DNA of 64,000 bases from a virus (Duplodnaviria > Caudoviricetes): the IMG/VR virus record IMGVR_UViG_3300037851_000141, positions 224,001 to 288,000 of that record; one strand, written 5' to 3'. Below the pieces are notes generated by a model that saw only the letters and a list, made by a program, of their open reading frames with translations, searched no databases and was not told the origin of the DNA. Shown here in pieces: positions 1-9,384 of this stretch. Positions within the stretch are counted from its first letter, which is position 1. Every line of letters begins with the position of its first letter. The position numbers and the translations under genes are program-made.

Positions 1-1003
1 CCGAATATCTTGATGAATCCGCTTGTAAATTGACACGATAGATGTTACGAACCTTGACCGACATATGAGAATGGTTCTTGCCTTTACTTGAAACTGCTTT
101 TTGTACAATTCTCTTATATTCTGGATCGTTTTTATCCAGTATTTCAATTTCGGTATTCAACTCTTTATACTTAATGTCGGTGCTACTTGTATATGTTCCA
201 CCACCTACTTCCAAAGCATCTTCCATCATAGTCAACAGATCAAGTTTTTGTTGAATGATAACGTCTGTATTAATAAGATCGTTATCAGTGATTTTTCTAC
301 CTAAGTTGGCCGGAATTCTTGAATAGAACGCACCAGTAAGGGTTCTGATTTCTTGAACATCATTATCTTTTACAGCTTGGGTTAAGTTTCCAAGAATGCT
401 TTTACCGTCGCCAATTTGCTTAAAGGTTAGTACACCAAGCGGAGTTTCAAGACCGTTTGAAGTGATATTAACCGCAGAGTTATTCTTAATTGTACTTGAT
501 GATTCCCGGTATAACTGATCAACGAGTTTAGAAATTGTTGGATGAAGATTAAGTTGGATAATATTTACGTCTTTATTTTCAACCAACTTTTTCTTTTTAG
601 CTTCGGGAACTTCATCTTCCGAAACCTTATATACTTTTTGTCTGGCTTTTGGGCTTCCTACTTTAGCTTTTACGAACTGGATTTCAATATAACCCTTTGA
701 TGGGCGAACCTTTGAGTCGAATTTTGAGTTGAAAAACTTTGTCATTTCGGATTCTGTTGCTGGACCATAAACACCAACAGACCCGGTATATTCATCATCA
801 GATACTCGTCCATAATTAGTATAAACTCTGAACTTCCCGTTTGAGGAGCATTTATGTAATTCAATTGAGAAGAACTTGTTATTATTGCCGTCTGCGTTAG
901 TTTGATTGCCTATTCTATGTTCAATCACTTCATAATCAGGGAAATCTTGATTGAGAGCATCGGAGCCACATTGATGCTTCACTTCTTTCCAGTCGGCAGC
1001 CAT
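1..1003 (-). CDS. PARP-family poly/mono(ADP-ribose) polymerase, N-terminal part (WGR domain + PARP regulatory helical domain + start of catalytic domain); 3' end lies beyond the left edge
   Basis: Missing from the ORF track because there is no stop in the window. Manual translation from ATG at 1003 (MAADWKEVKHQCGSD...) gives WGR motifs NNNKFFSIELH and VYTNYGRV. Helical-domain motifs follow: LHPTISKLVDQLY, TPLGVLTFKQIGDGKSILGNL, LTGAFYSRIPANLGRK, QQKLDLLTMMED. Then KYKELNTEIEILDKNDPEYKRIV..H...VRNIYRV, matching the PARP1/2/3 segment leading into the ART fold. The catalytic triad is outside the window. Confidence 0.85.
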   Translation of the reverse strand, partial: MAADWKEVKHQCGSDALNQDFPDYEVIEHRIGNQTNADGNNNKFFSIELHKCSSNGKFRVYTNYGRVSDDEYTGSVGVYGPATESEMTKFFNSKFDSKVRPSKGYIEIQFVKAKVGSPKARQKVYKVSEDEVPEAKKKKLVENKDVNIIQLNLHPTISKLVDQLYRESSSTIKNNSAVNITSNGLETPLGVLTFKQIGDGKSILGNLTQAVKDNDVQEIRTLTGAFYSRIPANLGRKITDNDLINTDVIIQQKLDLLTMMEDALEVGGGTYTSSTDIKYKELNTEIEILDKNDPEYKRIVQKAVSSKGKNHSHMSVKVRNIYRVNLQADSSRYS

Positions 1004-1028
1004 AGGTATGTCCCCTTTTGCTGCGAGG

Positions 1029-1056
1029 ATTGTACCTTAGCTTTTCTCTTAGTCAA
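1029..1056 (-). promoter_or_regulatory. sigma70-like early promoter for the PARP gene
   Basis: TTGACT-N16-TACAAT on the minus strand, followed by an AAGGGG RBS-like element and ATG at 1003. Confidence 0.65.
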
Positions 1057-2767
1057 CCTTTTTCTTTTTTCTACCTTTACCGGCCTTTACTATTGGCGTA
1101 GCTGGTGTCTGTTCTATTTCGGCGTCTGGATTTGGTGCTGGTTCACTTTTTAGTTGTTCTTTTTCAGCATCCATTTTAGCTTTTATTTCGGCGTGTTTGC
1201 GGGCTTGTTCTTCTGCGCCAGGGTTTACCCAAGCATTATATTTTGGCAATTCTGAATCTGGAATGCCGAGTTGATTTTTATAAGCAGTAAATTTAGCGGC
1301 TATTTCTTCTTTAGTAAATTCGCCAGGGAACAGTTTATTTATTCCTTTTTGATTTGTTGCTTCTATTTGGAATTTGCCGGATGGTCGTTTATGGAGTTTG
1401 AAGTTAGCTTTACCTTGTCCTTTTAAGTCAAGTGCTATTGATGGTTCTTGTGATGTCTCGACTGGTTTAGGTGGTTCAACGATAGTATTTTCGGGACTAT
1501 CTTGTTGAGTTGGTGCTGGTGCTGTTGGTTGTATATCAATTGGATTATTATCTGTATCTTCTGGTTGAACTGGTGCTGCTGTTGGTTCAGTTTTTGGTTC
1601 TTCTGGTTTAGTAGGTTCGACTGATTTGGGTTCTAATGCTGCGGTTTCTTCAGGAGGATTAAAAACATTCCTTATTTTTTGGTCTATTGGTTTATCCATG
1701 ATTTTTGTATCAATATTAGGTTCAATTAACAATTTGGACACATCTTCTATAATTTTTGGCATTAATTCTGATTGTATATATTCTTCCAGTTTTTTAAGAT
1801 TTTCTGGAGACAGAGTTTTTATAGAAGCTTTAAGATTTGGAACAAGTTGGAATATATCATCTATTGCTGATTCGTCCATTTGAGACGTTGATAGCTTTAA
1901 TATTTGTGTTGCTATTTCTTTACGATATTTACGGATAGCCTTTTTAATTTCTTCATATTTTGGAATTTTTTGATCTTCTGGTAGATTATTCCATATTTCT
2001 TTAGCTTGTTGATTTAGGAATGGAGTTATATCTATTTGTTTTGGAGTGATTGAGAATGGTTCTTTACTTTGAGGTTCAATATTTCCCACATCTATATTTG
2101 TCATTTTTTGGAGTTTTTGTTTTATTGTTTCAGGTTTAGGTTTTTCGGTTGGAGCTACTTTAGTTGGCTCTGGTGCCGTCTTATTTATTTCATCTGGGTT
2201 TAATTCTGGAACATCGAAATCTGAAGTTGGCTCTGGTTTAGTTTCGGGTTTAGTTTCAGCTTGTTTAATATCATCAATAACAGCAGATTGAACTTTATCT
2301 ATTTGTTGTTCTACTTTATCTGCTTTTTTAGTTTCTTGATCTGGATGTACAAGTCCAACTTCGCCTTTATTTGATATGATGTTATATGATGTTTCTTTTA
2401 TTTTTTGGAAATTTTTATATGATTCTTCGTGTTCAGTTTGTGATTTTTTAGTCAGTTCTGATTTTTCTTTTAATTTCTGAACAACAGGAAGATTCTCAAA
2501 GCGAGTTTCAGCATATTTTTTTAATTCAATGTCAAGTAATTCGGATTGGAGTTGAAGTGATTTATTTTTGAGGTTGAAATATTGTTCTATATAATCGACC
2601 ATTTTTTGGAATACAGTAGCAATTTTTTCTTCAGAAACTTTATTTTTTATTTCTGGTAAAGCCATACGAACAGAATCAATAGCGCCAATAACTGATATTC
2701 CTTCATTTAATACTATATCAATGTGTTCTTCTGAGAATATTTGGTTTAGTTTATCTTTAAGATTCAT
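1049..2767 (-). CDS. Pro/Glu/Lys-rich hypothetical protein, candidate internal virion protein
   Basis: 572-aa ORF with low-complexity PEPT/KPE tracts. N-terminus LKDKLNQIFSEE resembles the leaders of 2764..3933 and 55671..56099. Second gene behind a TATAAATA box. Confidence 0.6.
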   Translation of the reverse strand: MNLKDKLNQIFSEEHIDIVLNEGISVIGAIDSVRMALPEIKNKVSEEKIATVFQKMVDYIEQYFNLKNKSLQLQSELLDIELKKYAETRFENLPVVQKLKEKSELTKKSQTEHEESYKNFQKIKETSYNIISNKGEVGLVHPDQETKKADKVEQQIDKVQSAVIDDIKQAETKPETKPEPTSDFDVPELNPDEINKTAPEPTKVAPTEKPKPETIKQKLQKMTNIDVGNIEPQSKEPFSITPKQIDITPFLNQQAKEIWNNLPEDQKIPKYEEIKKAIRKYRKEIATQILKLSTSQMDESAIDDIFQLVPNLKASIKTLSPENLKKLEEYIQSELMPKIIEDVSKLLIEPNIDTKIMDKPIDQKIRNVFNPPEETAALEPKSVEPTKPEEPKTEPTAAPVQPEDTDNNPIDIQPTAPAPTQQDSPENTIVEPPKPVETSQEPSIALDLKGQGKANFKLHKRPSGKFQIEATNQKGINKLFPGEFTKEEIAAKFTAYKNQLGIPDSELPKYNAWVNPGAEEQARKHAEIKAKMDAEKEQLKSEPAPNPDAEIEQTPATPIVKAGKGRKKKKVD

Positions 2768-3933
2768 TTCGTGTTCCCACCTACAAGATTTAGTTCCGCA
2801 TCACTATTTTGTTCTAAACTTGATAGTAATGAAGCAGCATCATCAAGATATTTATTTAATTGTTGAATTTGAGCATTAATATCCATGGCTGTTGGTGTAT
2901 CGTTTTGTATTTTAGCAAACTTCAAGGCATATTCAAGAGCATTTTTATAGGCTTGATATTGTTTTATAATAGTATCAAGATATTGGAGAGATTTACCCCG
3001 AACGCCAGCACCAGTTTTTCTACTTATGAAGTCTTTACCTTTACGAATAAAATCAAGCATACCTTCATCAAGTTCCATATTATAGTTAACTGACTCAAAT
3101 AAGGTGTTCATCAATGTCAATCCATCCTCGGTTTCATCTTCTTCTACTTGAACTTGAGTTTCTTTTTCAGTATCTTTTTTATCACTTTGAGTCCATTCTA
3201 TCTTCTTATTATCTCCACTCATCTTCCATACCCATTTATCTTCAACTTTACAGGCCGAGTATTTATTTGGTATTATTACTTCATAAGGTCCAGCATAATA
3301 AGGTGCTTTAGTTGCCAAGAAAGTTGTGTTTGTCTTACTTAGTGATTTCCCTGGAGCAGCTTCGTTGTTATATTGATCTATAAGTTGTTTTTTAGCTTTT
3401 ACAGCATTTATAACAGCATTAATGTCAAAAAGTAGCTTAGATGAATCAACATTTGTTATAACCAGTAAACCACCAATTGGATCACCTTTGGTTTGGTCAT
3501 ATGCTACGGCTATTTCTCTTGCTTTACTTCCATCAGATGTCCAAGAAATAAAAGCATCCTGTGGAGTCATATGAACTTCTGATCCTGGGTCTGGTAATGT
3601 ACTAAGTGGATCACCTTTACGTACCGGAAATCCCTTGAATAGACGATAATTGTCCTTTAACCCAATACCAACAAAGGTTCGCGCAACTATTGACCTACCA
3701 AGCACTTCTAATATTTCTGTGATTACTTGTCTCTTGGTTTTTCCAGGATGATCGTCAGTTAAGAATTCAACAACGCGAGATAAGATGATATTTATTTCAC
3801 CGGGACGCATTCCAAAATATTTCTTAAGTTGTTCATCAGATACATTCTCTTTTTTTAATTGAAGATAAGGATTCTGAGACATCTCTTGTTGCTCAAATAA
3901 AATAGCTCTTATCCGATCTTGAATAGAATACAT
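2764..3933 (-). CDS. hypothetical protein with possible degenerate ADP-ribosyltransferase (R-S-E-like) fold
   Basis: Motifs LFKG, FISWTSD..KAREIA and PYEVII are spaced like LYRG / SWT / ExEV of CT-class ARTs, but key residues deviate. Confidence 0.4.
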   Translation of the reverse strand: MYSIQDRIRAILFEQQEMSQNPYLQLKKENVSDEQLKKYFGMRPGEINIILSRVVEFLTDDHPGKTKRQVITEILEVLGRSIVARTFVGIGLKDNYRLFKGFPVRKGDPLSTLPDPGSEVHMTPQDAFISWTSDGSKAREIAVAYDQTKGDPIGGLLVITNVDSSKLLFDINAVINAVKAKKQLIDQYNNEAAPGKSLSKTNTTFLATKAPYYAGPYEVIIPNKYSACKVEDKWVWKMSGDNKKIEWTQSDKKDTEKETQVQVEEDETEDGLTLMNTLFESVNYNMELDEGMLDFIRKGKDFISRKTGAGVRGKSLQYLDTIIKQYQAYKNALEYALKFAKIQNDTPTAMDINAQIQQLNKYLDDAASLLSSLEQNSDAELNLVGGNTK

Positions 3934-3953
3934 AACTGCCCTCTTATCTATTA

Positions 3954-3961
3954 TATTTATA
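3954..3961 (-). promoter_or_regulatory. T4-type late promoter box TATAAATA
   Basis: Exact TATAAATA about 20 nt upstream of the 3933 start. Confidence 0.65.
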
Positions 3962-3965
3962 TATC

Positions 3966-3993
3966 TTGAAATCTAAAATCCCTATGATATAAT
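3966..3993 (+). promoter_or_regulatory. sigma70-like early promoter
   Basis: TTGAAA-N16-TATAAT, then AAGGA RBS and ATG 4014. Confidence 0.55.
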
Positions 3994-4013
3994 GTTTACC
4001 ACAAAGGAACAAC

Positions 4014-4385
4014 ATGACCGACACTAATCAACCAGAACAAACGATAATTCCAGAAATAGAAGAACATCTAAAGACCGCATCTAAACCAAAAGAACAAATA
4101 GTGATCACGATATCATTTGAAGAAATAAATAAAGCCATAACATTGTTCCAAAATTGTCAAAATGTCAGATTTGATCCACGTATTATGTCATATTATGTTG
4201 ATGGATCTGAAGTTCGACAACAATTCCTTGCCGAAACTATAGAAAAATTTAGTCAATATATAACTGCTGCGTCTCAATTAATGAGAAAAGTCAGAGTAAA
4301 TCCACCACAAAAAGTAAAGACTACATTACAAACATTAGATAATAAATTAAAAGATGTTACAAAAGATGCTGAAATTCAACCATAA
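4014..4385 (+). CDS. hypothetical protein
   Basis: 123-aa ORF with RBS and promoter. Confidence 0.65.
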   Translation: MTDTNQPEQTIIPEIEEHLKTASKPKEQIVITISFEEINKAITLFQNCQNVRFDPRIMSYYVDGSEVRQQFLAETIEKFSQYITAASQLMRKVRVNPPQKVKTTLQTLDNKLKDVTKDAEIQP

Positions 4386-4640
4386 ATAATAACATGAATA
4401 AAGATAAAGCAAAGAAACCAGATAAACATATTACCTGGAATTGCGTTTATTTCTATACTGATATATCTATCGTTTGGTCAATTCAAGATACTATTGATTA
4501 TTATGTTGCTGAAAAAGTGGAGCAAGAAATGATAGAAAATATGGACCTAACAATAGATTAGATTTTATTGAAAAAATTTAATTATAATATACCATCTATC
4601 ATCATGAAAATACTTGTAATGTAAAAATATGCTCATAATG

Positions 4641-5735
4641 TTAGCTCACAGATGCTATTGAATATTGTGATGATGCTAATGCTGGAGGTAAATTTCCTAA
4701 ATCATAATCTACTATATTTGTTGTTCGAGTTAAACCTCTTGATTTCATTACATATAAAGGATTTGTTGCCGTTACATCTGTAAATGCTACATCAAGAATT
4801 ACCATATTTGATAACGGTCCAGTGTAATTTATAGTTGTTGGATTTGATGTTGATGATGATCTGATTGTATATAATGGAGAGTTTGTATAAGATGTATCAT
4901 ACCCATTTACTATAAATAATGAATTTGTAATAGTTAATAATATATTTTGATTAATTGTTATATAAAGAATTTGATCAGTTGTTAATGACGCAATTCTTGT
5001 AGTAATACTTGTCATTGATATGTTTCGACTTGATGATGCTGAAAATATCATGTCTCTATTACCCTGTATGATTACATTTCCAAAATTAATATTAGCATTA
5101 CAATTAATCGTTGTGCTAGTTGCGGTCGCATTGAAATTTGATTTGGTGAATGTTATATTGCTCGTTCCAGCAAAAGAATATGTTCCAGTTGTAGTTGATT
5201 GAGCTAATGAACCGAGATATAAATTAGTATTTGCTGTAATAGTTGTATAGTTTCCAATAATAGTGGGGGCATTAATAACGTCAAAATAAAGATTTCCCGG
5301 TCCTTCAAATGTGGCGTTATATGAAGTAGTATCAATTGCTGACTGTGTTGTATTATTTACATGTACATCATCGGCAAGAGTATAAGTTGCCGCTGCTGTG
5401 GGCGAAAATTTAAAGTTAACAATTTTACCATTTGTTGTTAATGTGCCAGTTCTTGCCATTATTATAATAGCTGTGCCTGTGAGACTAAAGCTCATATTGG
5501 GTCCATACGTAATAGATCCGCTAACTGTAATATTACGGCCTGTACTCATTGTGATTGTGCCGTTATAATTGGATAAATCTAATGACAGACATGATCCGTT
5601 TACTGTTGTTAATGATATATTGCCGCTAGTTGACGTTGCTACAACATCATCAGATGAAGTTGGTACGGCATTTTCTACCCAAGTTGCAGCCGTTGACCAG
5701 ACTCCACCAGCATCAGATATTGTTCTTGTCGCCAT
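4641..5735 (-). CDS. Thr/Ser/Asn-rich beta-structured virion/tail-associated protein
   Basis: 364 aa with composition typical of beta-helical tail or adhesin proteins; stop/start overlap with the upstream gene. Confidence 0.5.
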   Translation of the reverse strand: MATRTISDAGGVWSTAATWVENAVPTSSDDVVATSTSGNISLTTVNGSCLSLDLSNYNGTITMSTGRNITVSGSITYGPNMSFSLTGTAIIIMARTGTLTTNGKIVNFKFSPTAAATYTLADDVHVNNTTQSAIDTTSYNATFEGPGNLYFDVINAPTIIGNYTTITANTNLYLGSLAQSTTTGTYSFAGTSNITFTKSNFNATATSTTINCNANINFGNVIIQGNRDMIFSASSSRNISMTSITTRIASLTTDQILYITINQNILLTITNSLFIVNGYDTSYTNSPLYTIRSSSTSNPTTINYTGPLSNMVILDVAFTDVTATNPLYVMKSRGLTRTTNIVDYDLGNLPPALASSQYSIASVS

Positions 5736-6892
5736 TAGATTCTAACTCCTTCTAATTCTATCTTCATAAAATTTGATGCTGAACAATTGGCGGTTTCGAA
5801 TTTCACGAAATCATTTTTATTTAATTGAAATAACATACTACCGCTAGATGATATGCTATTGGATATATTAAATGTTGTAAATAAATCCGCACTTGTAGGA
5901 ATGGTCGTTGATTTATAAAATTTTATATCTGATGAAATTTGTTGACCATTTCCATAAATATAATATGTATTTATGTTTAGTTTATATGGTATTCTTGTAA
6001 TTGAAGAGTTTCCATTTGAAATTGTTGATCCTGATACGAATGCTGCTCCAACGGTTCTTATATCAGGTATATTTACCCAATCTGAACCATTATATGTTAA
6101 TGTGTCTCCAGTTATAGGGAATGTTATTATTGCTGAAATTTCAGAGCCTCCACTTGAATCATTTGTATTTACCCAAGATGACCCATTATATTTTAGTGTT
6201 TGGTTGATTTGCGGGTTTACTATAATAACATCGGACAAATCATTTAACACGGATATGGAAGAGGAATTACCACCAGAAATATTATCTATTTGATATTGTA
6301 AATATGCTGATATTTCTGTAACTTCTGTTTTATAAATGTCGGCTGGGATATAATTTGTATTCGTCCATGTGTTTGTGTCATATACTAATATTTGATTATT
6401 TTGTGGTGATATTATATTGACATCATTTAATTCTGATAACAATGTCACTCCACCACTTACTGATTGTGATCCTCCAGTTATATTGAGAATTTGTGATTGA
6501 AGATTTGCTGATATTGCCGCTGTCGTAGATAAAGGCGTATATCGTTGGACATATGAAATAGTTTGATTATATGAATTAGCTGAAGCTGAAATTACATAAC
6601 TGGTAGTGGCATAACTTCCAGAAATTGATACAGAAAATATGTTTGATGGTGATTCTATAACTTGTATACCTGAACCACCAATTACATTTATAGAATTGAT
6701 TTGAGATTGTAAATTTCCGCTTACATTTGCTACTTCTGTGCTTGATACGCCATAAGATCCATTTGGAAATTGGTTTGATGTTACTTTTATATTACCATTT
6801 ACGTCAGCCGAAACAACGACTGAGTTATTATCATCTGGAGTAACAGAGACACCTTTATCTAATATCAATGCACCATTCTTAAAACCAGACAT
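5735..6892 (-). CDS. tail-fibre-like structural protein with internal repeats
   Basis: Repeats L(S/N)(E/D)L(N/S)DVxIxxPQxNQxLxYxxxxWxN (two full, one partial) and a recurring ISANLQSQI-type motif, as seen in phage fibre proteins. Confidence 0.55.
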   Translation of the reverse strand: MSGFKNGALILDKGVSVTPDDNNSVVVSADVNGNIKVTSNQFPNGSYGVSSTEVANVSGNLQSQINSINVIGGSGIQVIESPSNIFSVSISGSYATTSYVISASANSYNQTISYVQRYTPLSTTAAISANLQSQILNITGGSQSVSGGVTLLSELNDVNIISPQNNQILVYDTNTWTNTNYIPADIYKTEVTEISAYLQYQIDNISGGNSSSISVLNDLSDVIIVNPQINQTLKYNGSSWVNTNDSSGGSEISAIITFPITGDTLTYNGSDWVNIPDIRTVGAAFVSGSTISNGNSSITRIPYKLNINTYYIYGNGQQISSDIKFYKSTTIPTSADLFTTFNISNSISSSGSMLFQLNKNDFVKFETANCSASNFMKIELEGVRI

Positions 6893-6918
6893 AATATACC
6901 CCTAAATTGTTCAAATGG

Positions 6919-6926
6919 TATTTATA
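6919..6926 (-). promoter_or_regulatory. T4-type late promoter box TATAAATA
   Basis: Exact match upstream of the 6892 start. Confidence 0.65.
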
Positions 6927-6929
6927 TGT

Positions 6930-7928
6930 TTAAAAGCGAGTTTCGTGTCCACCGCTTTCAATATGTTCATTCATTTTCATTTTTTCTTTATAACATTCTT
7001 TAACATACTTCCATTCATCATTTGATGGCATTTTATCATATGTTTTTTCGAAATCTATGTAGAATTTAGTTTTTCCAGGCTTGGATCGTACTGATATTGT
7101 TGCTCCCATCATAAGGCAATAATCCATACAAGCTGATAATCCCAATCCATGTTGATGTGGTTTATCGTCTTTAGTTGTTATCCCTGGTCTAAATAGAGTG
7201 CTTTGTAATTCATCAGGAATACCTTTTCCATTATCTTGATATACTAATATTTTTTGGTCTGGTTTGCCGTATATTTTTATTTTAAGTGTATCTAACATAT
7301 GTTGATTATGGTCTATTGAGTTTTTTGCCAGATTATAGATGATTTGAGCTATATACATTGGACTATGTTTAGCTTGGAAGTTGAGAGATTCTTTATTGAT
7401 TATAATGTTATCTTCATGTATCATTTCTTTTATAACTCTGTCTAATAGCGTTACTTTAACCCAAGAATCAATTGTATTATTTAGAGGAAGAACCGTCATA
7501 GTGTGGTCTTTGAGTAGTTTTATATTAGAACTTAATGATGACATTATTTTTATTGCTTGTTCTAATGACATTAATGACTGATCTAGTTTTTGATGAACAC
7601 CGTGACATTTATCGCAATTCATAGGTAGATTATCTTTTACTCTTGATATAATATTAAGTACGTGTCCCAACCAAGGGCTGACTTCATGATTGATACCTGA
7701 TATCACATTTGAAAGGTGATTTGTATAACTTAATGTTGATTGAATTCTATTGGAAACGTCTTCTTTTGATACTTGAACTGGTATTGGAAAATCTGAGCCT
7801 GTTAATGATTCTGTATTGCTTTCATCTGCTGATCTTGATTTATTGTCAGGTTTTTCACAACCATGGCCAAACGTTGAGTCGGTATCTTCTTTTTTATCTT
7901 TATGAAATAAACTATCAAAAATACCCAT
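6930..7928 (-). CDS. histidine kinase (HisKA + HATPase_c) without sensor or TM domain
   Basis: H-box SGINHEVSPWLG; N-box QIIYNLAKNSIDH; G1/F-box DNGKGIPDELQSTLFRPGITTK; G2 HGLGLSAC. Confidence 0.85.
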   Translation of the reverse strand: MGIFDSLFHKDKKEDTDSTFGHGCEKPDNKSRSADESNTESLTGSDFPIPVQVSKEDVSNRIQSTLSYTNHLSNVISGINHEVSPWLGHVLNIISRVKDNLPMNCDKCHGVHQKLDQSLMSLEQAIKIMSSLSSNIKLLKDHTMTVLPLNNTIDSWVKVTLLDRVIKEMIHEDNIIINKESLNFQAKHSPMYIAQIIYNLAKNSIDHNQHMLDTLKIKIYGKPDQKILVYQDNGKGIPDELQSTLFRPGITTKDDKPHQHGLGLSACMDYCLMMGATISVRSKPGKTKFYIDFEKTYDKMPSNDEWKYVKECYKEKMKMNEHIESGGHETRF

Positions 7929-7931
7929 AGA

Positions 7932-8285
7932 TTATATTTTACATTCTCCTCCAGATAAGAAATGTTCAAGCTTCTTCCACACAATACCCATTTTACTAAT
8001 AGCTGACCATTTATTAACTGTTTTTATTGTGATATCATCTATACATCCAGTAATAAATAAGATTCTACCCAAATTTTCATTCCATTTTTCTGCGAAGAGT
8101 ACACCAGTTTTCCCATTTTTCAATATAACATCTAAAATAGAGACATCATAAATTTTTCCATTTTTCATGAGTCTTTCAGCATCTTCCCAACTGTCAGCAT
8201 AATCGACATCATGTTTTTGTTCTCGTAGTTGTTCGATTATTTCGCCAGCATAAAATTGGTGGTCTTCAAGGCAAAGGATTTTCAT
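7932..8285 (-). CDS. single-domain CheY-like response regulator
   Basis: KILCLEDH acidic pocket, ILDVIL phospho-acceptor Asp, FITG Thr, conserved Lys (ISK). Start moved to ATG 8285 by RBS GGGAGA. Confidence 0.85.
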   Translation of the reverse strand: MKILCLEDHQFYAGEIIEQLREQKHDVDYADSWEDAERLMKNGKIYDVSILDVILKNGKTGVLFAEKWNENLGRILFITGCIDDITIKTVNKWSAISKMGIVWKKLEHFLSGGECKI

Positions 8286-8299
8286 GTTCATTCTCCCTT

Positions 8300-8722
8300 T
8301 TAGAAAAGATTTATAATAAAGTTTAAGATTTGAGGCCAATGGATTACAATTTGTTTTCCTATTTCAGCAACAGCGGCACCAATGAGTGTTATCCATAAAG
8401 TTCTAACACTAAATAACTTAGATCGAGATTTATATATTTTAAGTTCTTTCCGAATTCGTTCTTCTTGTTCTTTACGTTCTTGTTCTTTTTGTATTTCATG
8501 TTCTCTTCTATAATCACCTAAAACATGGTCAAATATGGTATAGATTGTTTCTAATAGTTGATTATATTTTATAGTTTGTTTTTCGGAATCTGTAAATTTA
8601 TCAAGAATATTACTAAGTTGAAACCTTAATTTGGTTGATTCGACTGATGCCTGTTGCCACTTGCTAATCTCTTGTTTACAACGACTTACATCAGAACTAT
8701 AGTTATCTTGTGAACCTACCAT
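8300..8722 (-). CDS. coiled-coil protein with C-terminal hydrophobic segment (holin-like topology possible)
   Basis: Charged helical N-terminal part, then LWITLIGAAVAEIG...WPQILNFIINLF. Confidence 0.5.
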   Translation of the reverse strand: MVGSQDNYSSDVSRCKQEISKWQQASVESTKLRFQLSNILDKFTDSEKQTIKYNQLLETIYTIFDHVLGDYRREHEIQKEQERKEQEERIRKELKIYKSRSKLFSVRTLWITLIGAAVAEIGKQIVIHWPQILNFIINLF

Positions 8723-8743
8723 ATTATTTATTCCTCTTATATG

Positions 8744-8751
8744 TATTTATA
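8744..8751 (-). promoter_or_regulatory. T4-type late promoter box TATAAATA
   Basis: Exact match upstream of the 8722 start, followed by GAGGA RBS. Confidence 0.65.
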
Positions 8752-8809
8752 GTTTTTTGGTTGTTTTTAGGTAGAATAGTTTATAATATTGGTCTACCCA
8801 AGGATCTTT

Positions 8810-9295
8810 ATGTCAGATGATAATGATTCAATAGATGGCAGCATAGAGAATAACCGAATGATAATAGAGGATATTGATTATTTTTACAGATTTTCTCAAT
8901 TATATGCTATTTGTAACTATATTGTGACTATTGAAAATTATGATAAAATAGTAGATATAAGAGAAAAAGAAAAAATATTGGATGTTTTTATCGAAGAAAA
9001 TATAGAATGGTTAGAAGATCACAAGTTCTTAGATAGTAACATATCAATATCTGAGATTAAGGAAGTTTTTGAACCTTTGGTAAAACATAATATATTGGAT
9101 GATATTTATTATATAGATGTAAATGATCTTAATACCAGTATCCAAAAGATTACGATGTCAATTGTTGACTCTGTTCTTAATGATTTGGTTGATTCCGGTG
9201 ATATGAAGTTGGCTTGGAGTACTCAAGAGAATGATTTTGTTTTTATTCCGGCTATAGAAGAAGATAAGAAACAAAAAAGAAAGAAAACTAAATGA
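8810..9295 (+). CDS. acidic hypothetical protein
   Basis: ORF; ATG 8810 is preceded by AAGGA. Confidence 0.6.
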   Translation: MSDDNDSIDGSIENNRMIIEDIDYFYRFSQLYAICNYIVTIENYDKIVDIREKEKILDVFIEENIEWLEDHKFLDSNISISEIKEVFEPLVKHNILDDIYYIDVNDLNTSIQKITMSIVDSVLNDLVDSGDMKLAWSTQENDFVFIPAIEEDKKQKRKKTK

Positions 9296-9384
9296 TTTGG
9301 GTTATGTTTTTTAGATTTCTGAAACATAGAACAAGTCGGTGGATAATCAAGAGTACTTTGGGAACATAGAAAGTACTCAAAAAT

